Assembly: GCF_009914755.1 (NCBI RefSeq)
Contig: NC_060929.1
DNA: 64,000 nucleotides
Strand: one strand, 5' to 3'
Origin: the human T2T-CHM13v2.0 reference genome, Homo sapiens
The notes below the pieces were generated by a model. That model had not been told where the DNA came from, did not search any database, and saw only the letters and a program-made list of their open reading frames with translations. Position numbers and translations under genes: made by a program. Positions 45,569-62,278 of the stretch are shown in pieces. Every line of letters starts with the position of its first letter. Within the stretch, counting starts at the first letter, position 1.

Positions 45569-45900
45569 TTTCCCGACTCGGGCCACTCCAGCCAATCATC
45601 GGCGATAATACTGGCTGCCCATCTGCACCAAAAATATCTGCCTGTCATTGGCCGGCTCTTGCTCCGGAAAAACCAATCATAGGTCTTATTTCTGAAACGT
45701 CACGAAGAGGCGGGGGAAAAGAAACAACTACATCCCCAAATGGCCAAGAGCTACTGAGGCGGGAAAATTAGAAAATAGGCGGGGCGAGGGAGAAGCCACG
45801 ACCTCTGGGCGGGGCGGGGAAGAGGGGAATGAGTGACTGGGAAAAGTAAACTGGGAAGCTAGGGGTGGGAGTAGGGGCAAGAAAGGGTGGAGAAGGGAGA
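45560..45900 (-). promoter_or_regulatory. CDC23 promoter / CpG island
   Basis: CCAAT 45592-45596, ATTGG 45647-45651, CCAAT 45673-45677, ETS CCGGAA 45664-45669, CRE half-site ACGTCA near 45697, ACTACATCCCCA 45727-45738, GC boxes 45778-45820. Confidence 0.85.
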
Positions 45901-46353
45901 GTGCCTTTCACGGGTGATGTGATTGGATGAAAAATAGAAAGGGTGTAGTTTCAGGGCCGACTCTGTACCAGATAATGACAAAGTGATGTATATGCTAGGA
46001 AAGATGCATGGTAGCCTCTGGATTCTTCCTTAAAATAGGAGGATGTATCGCCCCATGTGGAGGATTTTTCCTCTTTGTCTACCCTTTCTTACCCCGGGTA
46101 GCCCGGGGAGGTGGGGGTGAGAGCATTGTTCTGTAACATTTATTTAACAATAATTGTTAACATTTCACATTTATTGAGGGTTTATCCTACAACAGGTTCT
46201 GCTCTTTTACAACTATAATCTGGTTTAATCCTAAAAACAGCACTATGATATTCGTATCATCCCAATTTTATAGAAAGAAAAACGGAAGCTCGGCCAGGCG
46301 CGGTGGCTCAAGCCTGTAATCCAACACTGTGGGAGGCCGAGGCGGGCGGATCA

Positions 46354-46641
<288 letters not shown>

Positions 46642-46981
46642 CTATCACTCTTCCAAGGAGAGAGTCTAGACTATAAACCAGATTTTACTCCAAAGCCCAA
46701 TGTTCTTAAACATTACATGAACATTTTCGGCGTTTTTTGGTTTTTATCCTTTCATAGTAGTATACTATCTTACCAACCCCTCGGGAATTTTTTTTGAAAC
46801 CATTTTGTCATTCACTGGGTGTTATATAGAAGTTATCTATTTTTAAATTGTTATTTTATTATTTTATTTATTTTAAGAAAGGGTCTCGGCCGGGCGCGGT
46901 GGCTCACGCCGGTAATCCCAGCACTTTGCGAGGCGAAGGCGGGCGGATCACGAGGTCAGGAGATCAAGACCATCTTGGCTA

Positions 46982-47537
<556 letters not shown>

Positions 47538-47553
47538 TGAGGCGGGAAGATCA

Positions 47554-47781
<228 letters not shown>

Positions 47782-48309
47782 CTATCTCAAAAAAAAAAAA
47801 AAGAAGTAATGTCAATGGCAAAAACTTGAAGAATACATTAACTATAAAGAAAAATATGGGAGGTGGGCGTGGTGGCTCACGCGTGTAATCCCAGCACTTT
47901 GGGAGGCAGAGGCGGGTGGATCACGAGGTCAGGAGATCGAGACCATCCTGGCTGACACAGTGAAACCCCGTCTGTACTAAAAATACAAAAAAGCCAGGCT
48001 TAGTGGCGGGTGCCGTAGTCCCAGCTACCCGGGAGGCTGAGGCAGGAGAACATGTGAAGCCGGGAGGCGGAGCTTGCAGTGAGCCAAGATCACGCCACTG
48101 CACTCCAGCCTGGGCAACAGAGCGAGACTCGGTCTCAAAAAAAAAAAAAGAAAAGAAAAATATGGGCCAAGCGCAGTGGCTCACGCCTGTAATACCAACA
48201 AGGCCTAGATGGATGGATCACCTGAGGTCAGGAGATGGAGACCAGCCTGACAAACGTGGTGAAACCCCATCTCTACTAAAACTACAAAAATTAGCTGGGT
48301 GTGGTATTA

Positions 48310-48435
<126 letters not shown>

Positions 48436-48819
48436 TCAAACATAATTAATTAATTAATTAATTTTTTTAAGAAAGAAAAATATGTAGAACACTAACTCCC
48501 ACCCAAAGGAAATCACTGGTTTCTGTGTTTCTCCATCCATCTGTGTACATAGCTTCATACTGCAGTGCTGCCCACATTTGTCATTTGATAATTCACTCTA
48601 AGTATTTTCCCAAGTTAATATTCTTCTAAATCGTGATACTTAATAACTGCATGATAATCCATTATATGAATGTACCATAAATTGGCCGGGCACAGTGGCT
48701 AATGCCTGTAATCCCAGCACTTTGGGAGCCTGAGGCAGGCAGATCACCTGAGGTCAGGAGTTCGAGACCTGTCTGGCCAACGTGGAGAAACCCCATCTCT
48801 ACCAAAAATACAAAAATTA

Positions 48820-48990
<171 letters not shown>

Positions 48991-49707
48991 TTAAAGCATA
49001 TAATACTCAACTGAATAGAACAAGCACTCTGTCACTCTAGACTCATGAGATCCTCCTGCCTCAGCATCTCAAGTAGCTGGGATTACAGGCAGGTACAAAC
49101 AAGCCTGGCTAATTTTCTTTACTTTAGAGATGAGGGTCTCACTATGTTGCCCATGCTTGTCTGGAACATCTGGCCTCAGGTGATCCTTCTGCCTCAGCCT
49201 CTAGAGTAGCTGGGATTACAAGTGTGAGCCACTGGCCTGGCCAAGTTCACCCTTTTGATATATACAATTCAATGGTTTTTAGTATATTAACATAATTACG
49301 CAATTATCAACCACTATCCTATTCGAGAACATTTTCATCACCTGAGAAAGAAACACCATATCTGTTACCAGTCACTTTCCATTCTCCTCTCCCTCCAGCC
49401 CCTGACAATATTTTCTGTTGGTACCATTGTTTTCTGTGGTTCCCTAAGATTTCTTGCCCTGCTAGATAAGATTTTTGATTAAATAAATGCAACTCACAGA
49501 TATGTTGAAGAGTACTTTAAGGAAAATTTACAGGATTCTCATTTGCAAGCTCCTCCTTATGTAGTATTTCAACATCAGGGTTTCTTATGCTTGGGGTCTT
49601 TAGCCATTATCCATTGCAGGTAATTTTTTTTTGGCAAATATTTATAGTAGCTTTATTCATAATCACCAATAATTGTAAAACAACCCAAATTTTTTTTTTT
49701 TTTTTGA

Positions 49708-49866
<159 letters not shown>

Positions 49867-50074
49867 TAGTAGAGATGGGGGTTTCACCATGTTGGTCAGG
49901 CTGGTCTTGAACTGCCTGACCTCAAGTGATCTACCTGCCTCGGCCTCCCAAAGTGCTGGGTTTACAGGTGTGAGCCACTGTGCCCAGCCCCCAAATATCT
50001 TTTAATGGGTAAATCTTAGGATAATCGGTGATACATTGATATACTGGAGTACTAGTCAATAATGCTACTAATAA

Positions 50075-50185
<111 letters not shown>

Positions 50186-50887
50186 TGAGTAGCTGGGATT
50201 ACAGGCGTGAGCCATCACACCCAGCTAGTTTTTGTATTTTTTTAATAGAGACAGGTTTTCACCAAGTTGGTGTGAGCCACCAAGCCTGCCACTAATAATA
50301 AATTTTTAATATGTATGTGACTTAGAAAATCAAGTCAGGCTGGTCGCGGTGGCTCACGCCTGTAATCCCAGCACTTTGGGAGGCCGAGGCGGGTGGATCA
50401 CGAGGTCGGGAGATCGAGACCATCCTGGCTAACACGGTGAAACCCCATCTCTACTAAAAATACAAAAAATTAGCCAGGCATTGGTGGCAGGCGTCTGTAG
50501 TCCCAGCTACTGGGGAGGCTGAGGCCGGAGAATGGCGTGAACCCAGGAGGCAGAGCTTGCAGTGAGCCAAATCGTGCCACTGCACTCCAGCCTGGGCAAC
50601 GGATCGAGACTCCGTCTCAAAAAAAAAAAAAAAGAAAGAAAATCAAGTCAAAATTACCACAGAGACCTCCCGTGTTCAGCTGAGTAATAAACTGTTTCAT
50701 GCTTGTCTAATCATCAGGAACTGCATCACAGACTCATTCCCTCAAGATTTAAACTGTCCCTTTTTTCAGGAGGAAAATATTTAAATAATTATCTTATGTA
50801 TTAAACGTTTAAAAAGTGAAAGCTGGCCGGGCACAGTGGCTCACGCCTGTAATCCCAGCACTTTGGGAGGCCGAGGCAGGTGGATCA

Positions 50888-51119
<232 letters not shown>

Positions 51120-51310
51120 TTAAAGCCATAATTACCAACTTTAATGATGTAGACTCCTCAACTCCTTTGTAAACCCTTGAACTCTACTTCCTTGACCCTC
51201 CAGCACCACCAATCTCTGCCTAATTCAAAGGTTTTTCATTTCCAAGCTGACATTAGTTATCTTTTTGCCTTTCTTCTCTCTTTGTAGAGATACAATGGTG
51301 ATATTAGTAA

Positions 51311-51823
51311 TGCCAAGACCAGCTTGGTTGGGGAGACCCTAACCCAGTGGTGCTAGAGGAATTAAAGACACACACACAGAAACATAAAGGTGTGAAGTGG
51401 GAAATCAGGGGTCTCACAGCCTTCAGAGCTGAAAGCCCCGAACAGAGATTTACCCATGTATTTATTAACAGCAAACCAGTTATTAGGATTGTTTCTATAG
51501 ATATTAAATTAACTAAAAGTATCCCTTATGGGAAACGAAGGGATGGGCCGAATTAAAGGAATAGGTTGGGCTAGTTCACTGCAGCAGGAGCATGTCCTTA
51601 AGGCACAGATCGCTCATGCTATTGTTTGTGGCTTAAGAATGCCTTTAAGCGGTTTTCCACCCTGGGCAGGCTAGGTGTTCCTTGCCCTCATTCCAGTAAA
51701 CCCACAACCTTCCAGCGTGGGCGTTAGGGCCATTATGAACATGTTACAATGCTGCAGAGATTTTGTTTATGGCCAGTTTTGGGGCCAGTTTATGGCCAGA
51801 TTTTGGGGGGCCTACTCCCAACA
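51311..51823 (-). mobile_element. MER9 solo LTR (HERV-K9/HML-3, ERVK)
   Basis: Minus strand begins TGTTGGGAGTAGGCCCCCCAAAATCTGGCCATAAACTGGCCCCAAAACTGGCCATAAAC and ends ...CTGGTCTTGGCA; exact flanking duplication AGTAA (51306-51310 / 51824-51828); AATAAA at 51461-51466. Confidence 0.85.
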
Positions 51824-51953
51824 AGTAAGAGTTCTTTATTGGGAAAGAACAGAGTGCAGAGCTAGAGAATGTGGGCTCTGAGCCACACCACCTAAAGGCA
51901 AACTCTAACTCCACCATTATCAGCTTGTGACCTTGGCAAAGTCATTTATTGTA

Positions 51954-52337
51954 TTAGGTTGGTGCAAAAGTAATTGCGGTTTTTGCCATCACTTTTTTTT
52001 TCGTTTGAGATGGAGTCTCACTCTTGTTGACCAGGCTGGAGTACAGTGGTGTGATCTCTGCTCACTGCAACCTCCGCCTCCTGGGTTCAAGCTTCTCCTG
52101 CCTCAGCCTCCTGAGTAGCTGGGATTACAGGCGCCCACCACCACACCCGGCTAATTTTTGTACTTTTAGTAGAGATGGGGTTTTACCATGTTGGCCAGGC
52201 TGGTCTCGAACTCCTGACCTCAGGTGATCTGCCTGCCTTGGCCTCCCAAAGTGTTGGGATTATAGGTGTGAGCTACCGCACCCAGCCTGCCATCACATTT
52301 AATGGCAAAAACCATGACTACTTTTGCATCAACCTAA
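51954..52337. mobile_element. MADE1 (Hsmar1-derived mariner MITE) split by an AluS (51993-52287, minus), inside a MIR
   Basis: TA|TTAGGTTGGTGCAAAAGTAATTGCGGTTTTTGCCATCAC ... TTTAATGGCAAAAACCATGACTACTTTTGCATCAACCTAA|TA; Alu flanked by duplicated TGCCATCAC. Confidence 0.88.
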
Positions 52338-53770
52338 TATGTTCAGGTTATTCATTGATAAAATGAGGACCATAACAATAATTCCTGTTATTCAGGTGAG
52401 GTGAGAATTGAATGAGATAATCCATGTAATGTATTTTGAACAATTTTTAACAGATAGTAAGCACTGGATACATGTAAGCTGTTCTTGAACACTAACTCCC
52501 TGTTAGGACTTTATGTATCTGAGCACCAATCCTCTTGACAAGCCTGCAAGGCAGGTTATCGTTGCCCCTATTTTAGAGAGTAGAAAACAGACTCAGGCAA
52601 CTTAACTGAGGTGACCTCAAGTTCTGTTCAACTACAGCCCATATTCTTTCACTGTGTTTTCATAATGTTAAAAAAAGTTCTTATTTATGTGTTTTGCTAT
52701 TTATAGATCATTTTCAAATGTTATATTGTTAAATCTTGTGAAGTAGGCATTATGCCCTTTTTCAGACAAGATTGGGCGCATTCAGGGTGGTATGGCCATA
52801 GACATTATGTTCTTTTTCAAAGAGCAATAATTCAGGCAGGTATGGTGTCTCACACCTGTAATCTCAGCACTTTGGGAAGCCAAGCCAGGAGGATCGCTTG
52901 AGTCCAGGAGTTTGAGACCAGCTTGGGCAACATGATAAAACCCTGTCTCTACAAAAAATTCAAAAGTTAGCTGGGCATGGTGGTGCACTCCTGTAGTCCC
53001 AGCTACTCAGGAGGCTGAGGTGGGAGGATTCCTTGAGCCTGGGAAGTCAAGAGGCTGCAGTGAGCCAAGATCACACCACTGCACTCCAGCCCGGGCGACA
53101 GAGTGAGACCTTGTCTCACAAAAAAAAAAAAAAAAAATTCAGTACCTATTTTATAGAGTTGCTATGACAATTGGAGATATGTACACTTAGTAGGTACTAT
53201 TTCTTTTTTTTTTTTTTTTTTTTGAGACGGACTCTCGCTGTCGCCCAGGCTGGAGTGCAGTGGCGCGATCTCGGCTCACTGCAGGCTCCGCCCCCCGGGG
53301 TTCACGCCATTCTCCTGCCTCAGCCTCCCAAGTAGCTGGGACTACAGGCGCCCGCCACCTCGCCCGGCTAATTTTTTGTATTTTTAGTAGAGACGGGGTT
53401 TCACCGTGCTAGCCAGGATGGTCTCGATCTCCTGACCTCGTGATCCACCCGCCTCGGCCTCCCAAAGTCCTGGGATTACAGGCGTGAGCCACCGCGCCAG
53501 GCCTAGTTAGGTACGATTTCTATAAGGAAACAGACATCATGGTTTATGGGTCACCCATCCATTTAGAGGTAAGTAAACCACCTAGAAGCAGCCCAGGATT
53601 GGAATCCACAAGAGCTGAAACCTGTCACGATCTAAATACACCTGCAAAAATCTCCCACTCCCTCTCCTCACTGGGCCTTACTTTTCTCCTTGTAAAATGG
53701 CAGAGCTAAGCAAGATGACTTCCAGGATTCCTTCTACCTCTGACAAGCTCCAAGTGAGGACTAGAGCTCA

Positions 53771-54128
<358 letters not shown>

Positions 54129-54759
54129 TTATTAATAATAAATACAGGCTGGGCACTACGGCTCATGCCTGTAATCCCAGCACTTTGGGATGTCTAGGCA
54201 AGTGGATCACTTGAGCCCAGGAGTTTGAGACCAGCCTGGGCAACATGGCGAAACCCTGTCTCTACCAAAAACACAAAGATTGGCCAGTCTCATAACCCAG
54301 TCCCTAAATAAATAGATTAAAATTTTTTTTAATTAAAAAAATTTAATAAAAAACAATAAATACATCAAAAGGCAGTGATGTAATGAAGAATTAAGAAGTC
54401 ACTGTCGGCCAGGCACCATGACTCCTACCTTGGGAGGCCAAGGTGGGTGGACTGCTTGAACTCAAGAGTTCATGACCAGCCTGGACAACATGGCAAAACC
54501 CTATCTCTATAAAAAAATACAAAACTTAGCCAGGTGTGGTGGCATGCTCCTATAATCCTAGCTACTCAAAAGGCTGAGGCAGGAGAATCTCTTGAGCCCA
54601 AGAGGTCAAGGCTGCAGTGAGCTGAAATTGCACCACTGCACACCAGCCTGGCTGACTGATTGAGACTCTATCTCAAAATAATAAAGAATAAGAAGGGGCT
54701 GGGCGTGGTGGCTCATGCCTGTAATCCCAACACTTTGGGAGGCCGAGGCTGGTGGATCA

Positions 54760-55026
<267 letters not shown>

Positions 55027-55379
55027 CTAAATACCACTCCCAAGTTTGTCACACATGACAACGTCGCGAACAACTTTATCCAGTCGCGTGCTGCCCCACT
55101 GAATGTTCTCCAGCGTTCCTTGGGGGCTGTAGTCTGGTCAAGGCTGATCCTCACCTAAAGTCCTTCCTGGAAAAAACTCAATTGCCTTTTTCTTCTGTGA
55201 TCCCGGCTTTGTCCGACAGATGGAACCATTCCCTCCCTCCCCGCTCTTCAAAGGGCTTGACCGGAAAAGGTGTTTGCTCAAGAGCGATGTGGGACCAGAC
55301 ACCAGAGACCAAAGTAGAGAGAGGCTAAAGAACTTACTAAATCTAAGCCCGATGAGAACTGAAAGAACAGTCAGTTCCC

Positions 55380-55475
55380 AGCAAGGTTTCTTGACTTAGG
55401 CATTATTGATATTTTGAGCTGGTTAATTATTTGTTGGAGGTGGCAGTGGGTAGGAAGGAGGTGGGTGCTGTCCAT
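55380..55475 (+). mobile_element. MER20 5' fragment
   Basis: GGTTTCTTGACTTAGGCATTATTGATATTTTGAGCTGGTTAATT resembles the start of the element at 12564. Confidence 0.5.
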
Positions 55476-55689
55476 GTATTCATTTAACTACAATTTATCT
55501 AGTTGTTACTATGTGCCAAGCTCTGGGAATAGACTGTTGAATGAAACAGTCAATTCCTGCACTCAGACATTTTTTTCTAGTGGGGGAGAAAGATGATAAA
55601 CAATCATACAAAGAATTATGTAACAACAGTTACCATAAGTGCAGTGAAGGAAAAGCTTAAGAAGCTATGATAGGAGGCCTGTGCCAGGC

Positions 55690-56151
55690 TGTGGGCAAAG
55701 ATGGCCATAAGTCCTCCATCCCTGGATATGTGCCCCTTTACAATATGACTTTGCATCAAGCGGTGAGTCTGTGTCCCTGCCTTTGAATCTGTGTTAGCCC
55801 TGTGACTTGCTTTAACCAATAGAAAGCAGTGAAAGGGATGTTATGTGACTTCTGAGCCTCAGTTTCAAGGGACCTTGCAACTTTAACTCTTGCCCTCTTG
55901 CTGCCCTGAAGGAACCAGGTTAGCCTCTTAGCTGTCCCAGATATTCCAGCTGTCCCAGTGGTTCCCACCATTCCGGCTGAGGCTTCAGATAGATGAGTGA
56001 GGCTATGCAGGAACAGCCAGCACCCAGTCAACCTGACAACTGACTGCAGCTGCAGAAGTGACCCCAGGCAAGACTGAACCCAGTCAGAATTGCAGAAAAA
56101 TGAGCAAATACATGGTTGGGGGTTATTATGCAATGATAGACAACCAATACA
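55690..56151 (+). mobile_element. MLT1 (ERVL-MaLR) solo LTR, MLT1H-like, within L2 relics
   Basis: TGTGG...ATACA termini; CCCTGTGACTTGCTTTAACCAATAGAA and TGTGACTTCTGAG motifs typical of MLT1. Confidence 0.7.
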
Positions 56152-57310
56152 AGGCCCTAACCTGGTCTAGGGCTAGAGGAGTGGATCAGAGGAGGCTTCC
56201 TTGAAGAAATTAGTCCAGCTAAGACCTGGAGATAGACCTAGAGTCAGCCCGGTAGAGCATAGGGGAAGAGCATTCAGGCAGCAGAGACAGCAGGTTAAGA
56301 ACTATATGTATCTGAGGACCTAAGCAGGGAACTATATGTATCTGAGGACCTAATCAGGCAACACCAGATGGTCTGAAGAGAAGAGAGCCCAGCAGTATAG
56401 ACAATGACCAATGAGCGGTGTGCTGTACTTAACCCATCACCCACCTCCATTCCCAAACTGACTTTTAGTTTTTGTTTTTTTATCACATTCTGGATACATC
56501 CATGGGCCGTGTCAAGCATGTAAATTTCATCTACTATGTATGTTGAAAAATTAAAGAGTTGAAAATACCTGTGGACATTAACCTGTCTCCTAGAAGCTAG
56601 GAAAAGGTTGAGTTACAGTCTTTTGGGGATGAACAATATGAAGATGACAAAGCAGGCTGAGCACGAGGAAAAAATGTATTTTTAATAGTTGTGATGACCA
56701 TCAAAGCTATTATGACCCCATCTTCACTGATCTAAGCTCATACTTAAATGGAAATTTACTTGAAAAGCCCTTTCTTTGCATAATGGAAAGGCAGGCTTGT
56801 CCAATTCCATCTCCCCAAGGTAATGGCCCTAGGATGTAATGGGAGGCCTCACTGCCAGCTCTGCTCATCGGGGGCTCTCAGCCTTGTGTAGCCCAGCTTT
56901 GGTAACCCCCCTTCCCAGTGTCCTTTATCCCTATTACTCAGTAAAGTTCCCCTAAGGATGCCTCACCTCCAAGGTTACTGCTGAGAACCTTTAGAAAGAG
57001 GGAGAATTGATGGGGCTGACATCACTGTGTTGCTCGGCCTCTTCGTCTGTCTGGGGAAGATGATCCAGTGGGAGCTCCCCTGCAGGGCAATAGGCTGAGC
57101 CTGATCTCAGCAGGCTTCCCATCAAGCAGGCCAGAATGCTCATTTCCCCAGAACAATCACATAACCCTGCACCCAGGCCATCCCTCTGTTCCAGAAGCTG
57201 AGGAAGGAGGGCAGCCTGGACCCCAGCTGAGCTGACTGCCTTAGCTCCATCCTTATTCCACCGGGGACGAGGATCCTGCTGCTAGCTGATACCTAAGAGG
57301 GAGATGTTTA

Positions 57311-57640
<330 letters not shown>

Positions 57641-57983
57641 TTAAAAATATTTATTTATTTATTTAAGATAAGATCTCACTCTGTTGCCCAGCCTGGAGTG
57701 CAGTAGTGTGATCTTGGCTCACTGAAACCTTGATCTCCTGGACTCAAGTAGTCCTCCTACCTCAGCCTTTGGAGTAGCTGGGACTACAGGCGTGTGCCAC
57801 CAAGCCCAGATAATTTTTTGAGGAGACAGGGTCTCACTATGTTTTCCAGGCTAGTCTTGAACTCCTGGGCTCCAGGTAAAGAGCATTCTTGGGTCTGAGC
57901 TGCACTTTCTACACTTGTGGACCTGAGGAAGTAAGAAAGCTGTGCTGTTTTCTCAGGGAGGGCACACAAGGAGTGGCCACTGT

Positions 57984-59147
<1,164 letters not shown>

Positions 59148-59629
59148 CTGTGGCCCCCAGAAGCAACAGGCTGTTAGAAAGTCCTCTGTCATCTTTCTCA
59201 GGGGGCACAAATTATGCACTGAGCTCATGGGAGGGAGTATGCTGAGAGTGGAGATTGTTACTTCCAAGTTTTAAAGGAGAACCTAGAGGTTCCTGAGAAA
59301 ATAAACAAAATAAAACAAAATAGAGGAAGTAATAGGTTACTTTGAAGTGGTTCCAGTGGTTGCCCACTGCTATAGCAATGATTAGGCACATGGGACTTGG
59401 AGTCCAGTAGACCTGGGTTTGAGCACCAGGCTGGCACCTGCTTCTTTGTGTGACCTTTCACAAGCCATTTAAATTCTCAAAGTCTCCATTTCTTCATCTG
59501 TAAAATGGAGATAATCACACTATTTTGTTGCAAATATCAAATGATATCATGAACATAAAGCATTTAGCCTAATACCAGGAACTCAGTCAATGTTAAAAAA
59601 ATAGTATTATTAGTAATAAAACTGGGTTA

Positions 59630-60139
<510 letters not shown>

Positions 60140-60201
60140 TCAGGAAGCTGAGGCGGGAGGATCACTTGATCCCAGAAGTTTGAGGTTGCAGTGAGCTGTG
60201 A

Positions 60202-60545
<344 letters not shown>

Positions 60546-60643
60546 TGACCCTGTCTCTTCAAAAAAAAAAAAAAAAAAGGAAAATGTTATATATCTTGCT
60601 TTGGGTGATTATATGGTTGTGCATATATGTAAAAAAAAATTGA

Positions 60644-61033
<390 letters not shown>

Positions 61034-61197
61034 TGAGCCACCACACTCAGCCAAAAGGAAGCCCTTGTAAGCCAGTGTTGGTAAAGTGAAAGAGTTCAAA
61101 TTAAAAAAAAAATGCAGCCTAAAATATAGGGGAAAAATGTATAAATGAATTGTAAAAATTTATTAGGCAGGTTTTTTTTTTGTTTTTGTTTTTTTGA

Positions 61198-61515
<318 letters not shown>

Positions 61516-62148
61516 TGAGCCTGATCCCGGGCTGACCCAGGTCCTATAAACACATCTCCACAATGGTAATATCATACTGACCGTGGCTTCCTGACCTTCC
61601 TGAGGAGTCAGTCAATGGCAGATGACCACCTCATCCATACTGCCCTAAGAAGAAAAATCATGAGTTCCCATTTTTTTTTTATTTTTTAGAGACAGAGGCT
61701 CACTTTGTCATCCAGGCTGGAGTGCAGAGGCGCAATCAAAGCTCACTGCAGCCTCTGATTCCTGGGCTCAAGCAAGCCTCCAGCCTCAGCATCCCAAGTA
61801 GCTGGAGTTCCCATTTATTAAGCAACGTTAGGAATGTGCGTGCACGTGCAGGTAAGCACTAACTGCTTTACATGCCTGGTTTCTCTAACCCTTACAACAA
61901 CACCGGGAGGGAGGGAAATATTATTTCCTCCTTTTCATACATCAGGAAACTGAGGATTTGAGAAGTTAACAACAGGCCAGATGCGGTGGCTCATGCCTAT
62001 AATCTCAACACTTTGGGAGGCCAAGTGGGGGGCAGATCACTTGAGGCCAGAAGTTCAAGACCAGCCTGGCCAACACGGTGAAACCTCGCCTCTACTAAAA
62101 ATACAAAAATTAGCTGGGCTCGCTGACGTGCACCTGTAATCCCAGCTA

Positions 62149-62278
<130 letters not shown>

